Source: Octopus sinensis | Taxonomy: Eukaryota | Direction of reading: 5' to 3' | Length of the DNA: 64,000 bases | Assembly: GCF_006345805.1 (NCBI RefSeq) | Contig: NC_042997.1 | Span: forward strand, 57,784,001-57,848,000 | In this document: piece after piece, positions 61,781 through 64,000 of the stretch | Layout: each line of letters begins with the position of its first letter | How positions within the stretch are numbered: position 1 is the first letter of the stretch | Notes under the pieces: model-generated | Databases searched by the model: none | What the model was told of the DNA's origin: nothing | What the model saw: only the letters and a program-made list of their open reading frames with translations | Position numbers and translations under genes: made by a program

Positions 61781-62949
61781 GTTACATAAAGAATTTCATT
61801 TTCTTAATCGTAATTTACACATTTGAGATGTATTAAGATAGTTAAAAAGAAACAATGCTAGATTGGACACAGAACTGGTTATGTCACTAACAAGCAATTA
61901 GAATTTGCTCACTCTCATATTGCTCTGTATTTTGATTTGGCGATTGGCAATATCCCATCATTTTTTAAATGGAAAGCTTCATTTTACCAATAAATCAGAA
62001 GATTGATCTTGTTTTATAGATAGTTTATTTCTCCATATTATATAATGAAATACCGTGCTGACATAGGAAATATGTACATTTTCTCCCTTTTATTGTGTTA
62101 CAGAAATAAAAATTCTTTGTACCAGCCACAAATTGATGCATTAAAAATAATACTGTATGTTGAGTGTATTTCCAGGTGAAAACTGGGCCTTGCTTATACA
62201 GGAACTGAACATTTTTTAAACTCATTATAAATGTATTGAAATGCATTTTCATCTTACAGTATTTCCCTTATTACCTTTTAATTTATAAATAAAGATTTTT
62301 AGTTCAAATCCAGTCAGGGACTAAGCACACATTTAAGAATAACTCAACAGATGACAGGAAGGAATACACATTGAAATTAGGGTATGCTTCTTCTCCAAAT
62401 TGAGATTGATAATTTGTAAAATTACAATCTTTTAGAAACAATATGTTAGTGTGATATTTCATTTATGGAGCTGACATCTCACTGTGATATTTTGGTGATG
62501 CCAGTGTGTAGATGGGTTAAAATCTTGACAAATATGTACATAGGAAGATGTTCTTGGTCACTTTTTCCACATATACATATTTATAAATATGTATGCACAC
62601 ACACACACACATACACACACACACACACACCTGAGTTTATATGATTGTGTACAGAAGAATATATTAATGATTTTCATGTTTTATTATTTACAGTTTTTAC
62701 AATTTTACGATCTTGGAATAAACTAGTACTTTCATGCATTATGCAACCACCAGGTTTATGGCAGTGGCAGTAATGTTCCACAATTAAGACAGTTGTCAAT
62801 TATGGAACTAGACTGTTACTGTATAAACCTGATGGTTGCATATTGCATGAAAGTAGTAGTTTATTTCAATATTGTAAAATTGTAAATAATAAAACATGAA
62901 AATCAGACTAACTTGGAATTTCATTGATTAGTGTGTGTGTGTGTGTGTT

Positions 62950-63357
62950 TACTCTTTTACTTGTTTCAGTCATGTGACTGTGGCCATGCTGGAGCACCAC
63001 CTGTAGTCGAGCAAATCGACCCCAGGACTTATTCTTTGTAAGCCTAGTACTTATTCTATCAGTCTCTTTGCCGAACTGCTAAGTTACGGGGATTTAAACA
63101 CACCAGCATCGGATGTCAAGCGATGTGGGGGGGGGGGCACAGACACACAAACATGTATACACACACATATATATATATATATACATATATATACGACGGG
63201 CTTCTTTCAGTTTCCGTCTACCAAATCCACTCACAAGGCTTTGGTCGGCCCGAGGCAATAGTAGAAGACACTTACCCAAGGTGCCACGTAGTGGGACTGA
63301 ACCCAGAACCATGTGTTTCATAAGCAAGCTACTTACCACACAGCCACTCCCACACCT
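62950..63357 (-). mobile_element. Full-length tRNA-derived SINE, same family as 5573
   Basis: Reverse complement collinear with 5573-5948. Confidence 0.85.
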
Positions 63358-63654
63358 ATGGGTGTATTATCTACACATAATACATTTGCATCTATGCATA
63401 CTCAAATAAACAATAGTTTCTAGTTGCTAGTCTTTCACACCAAACACCAAACATAGTATATGTCACGTTGCTAACATCATGGGATATATCTTGTTGCATT
63501 TGTTCATCATATTGAGCAAGTTTCTTGCTATTCAACCTCAGACCAACCCTGATCAAACAACCCTATGACAATCTCATCATATTATTTTCAGCTTTAGTAC
63601 ATGGTGGACCAAAAGTCACACACCAAAACATTTGACATTTTGTTTATATTACAG

Positions 63655-63950
63655 TCATCATCATTTAACGTCCGCTTTCCATGCTACCATGGGTTGGATG
63701 ATTTGACTGAGGTCTGGTGAACCAGACTCCAATCTGATCTGGCAGAGTTTCTACAGCTGGATGCCCTTCCTAATGCCAACCACTCCGAGAGTGTAGTGGG
63801 TACTTTTACGAGCCACCGGCACGAGGGCCAGTTTGGTGGTACTGGCAACGGCCATGCCCAAATGGTGCTTTTTATGTGCCAACTGCACAGGAGCCAGTCC
63901 AGCATATTTCACATGCCACCAGCACAAGTGCTAGTAAGGCGATGTGGTAA
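63655..63950 (-). mobile_element. RTE-related 3' UTR/SINE copy
   Basis: catcatcatttaacgtccgctttccatgc...; near-collinear with 26437-26752. Confidence 0.85.
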
Positions 63951-64000
63951 TGATCAAAAACAGTAGGCTTTCCCATCCACGTGGGACTCGAGCCTTCACC

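Noticed and set aside
62178-62221. GENWALLIQELNIF* after an AG acceptor, as a possible PH-domain terminal helix linked to the 51726 exon
   Set aside because: Too short, no intervening exons found; resemblance not distinguishable from chance.

Overview
AT-rich eukaryotic genomic DNA, almost certainly from an octopod cephalopod (Octopus sp.), judged from abundant (TA)n/(CA)n microsatellites and repeat families I recognise from octopus genomes. There is one well-supported protein-coding gene. It lies on the + strand in 4 coding exons (31366-32335, 32500-34105, 35785-35908, 39590-40159; all GT-AG, phases consistent; 3270 nt, 1089 aa). The product is an NF-kappaB-repressing-factor (NKRF)-like RNA-binding protein with an unusual architecture: a Trp/Tyr/Gly/Asn-rich and RGG-rich disordered N-terminus, four dsRBD-like domains, no recognisable G-patch, and an R3H domain whose signature His is Thr. 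Its likely promoter is a CpG-richer zone at about 12.4-13.4 kb, followed by an 18-kb non-coding leader. The rest is transposon-derived: Tigger/pogo and three mariner pseudo-transposases, RTE LINE 3' ends, tRNA-derived SINEs, MITEs, and a Penelope-like element with an inverted pseudo-LTR. The most notable non-coding signals are several type I hammerhead-ribozyme motifs, including a retrozyme-like pair of hammerhead-bearing direct repeats at 10.43-10.90 kb, plus several 130-150 nt fold-back hairpins. All calls were made by eye without searches or folding software; repeat boundaries are approximate.
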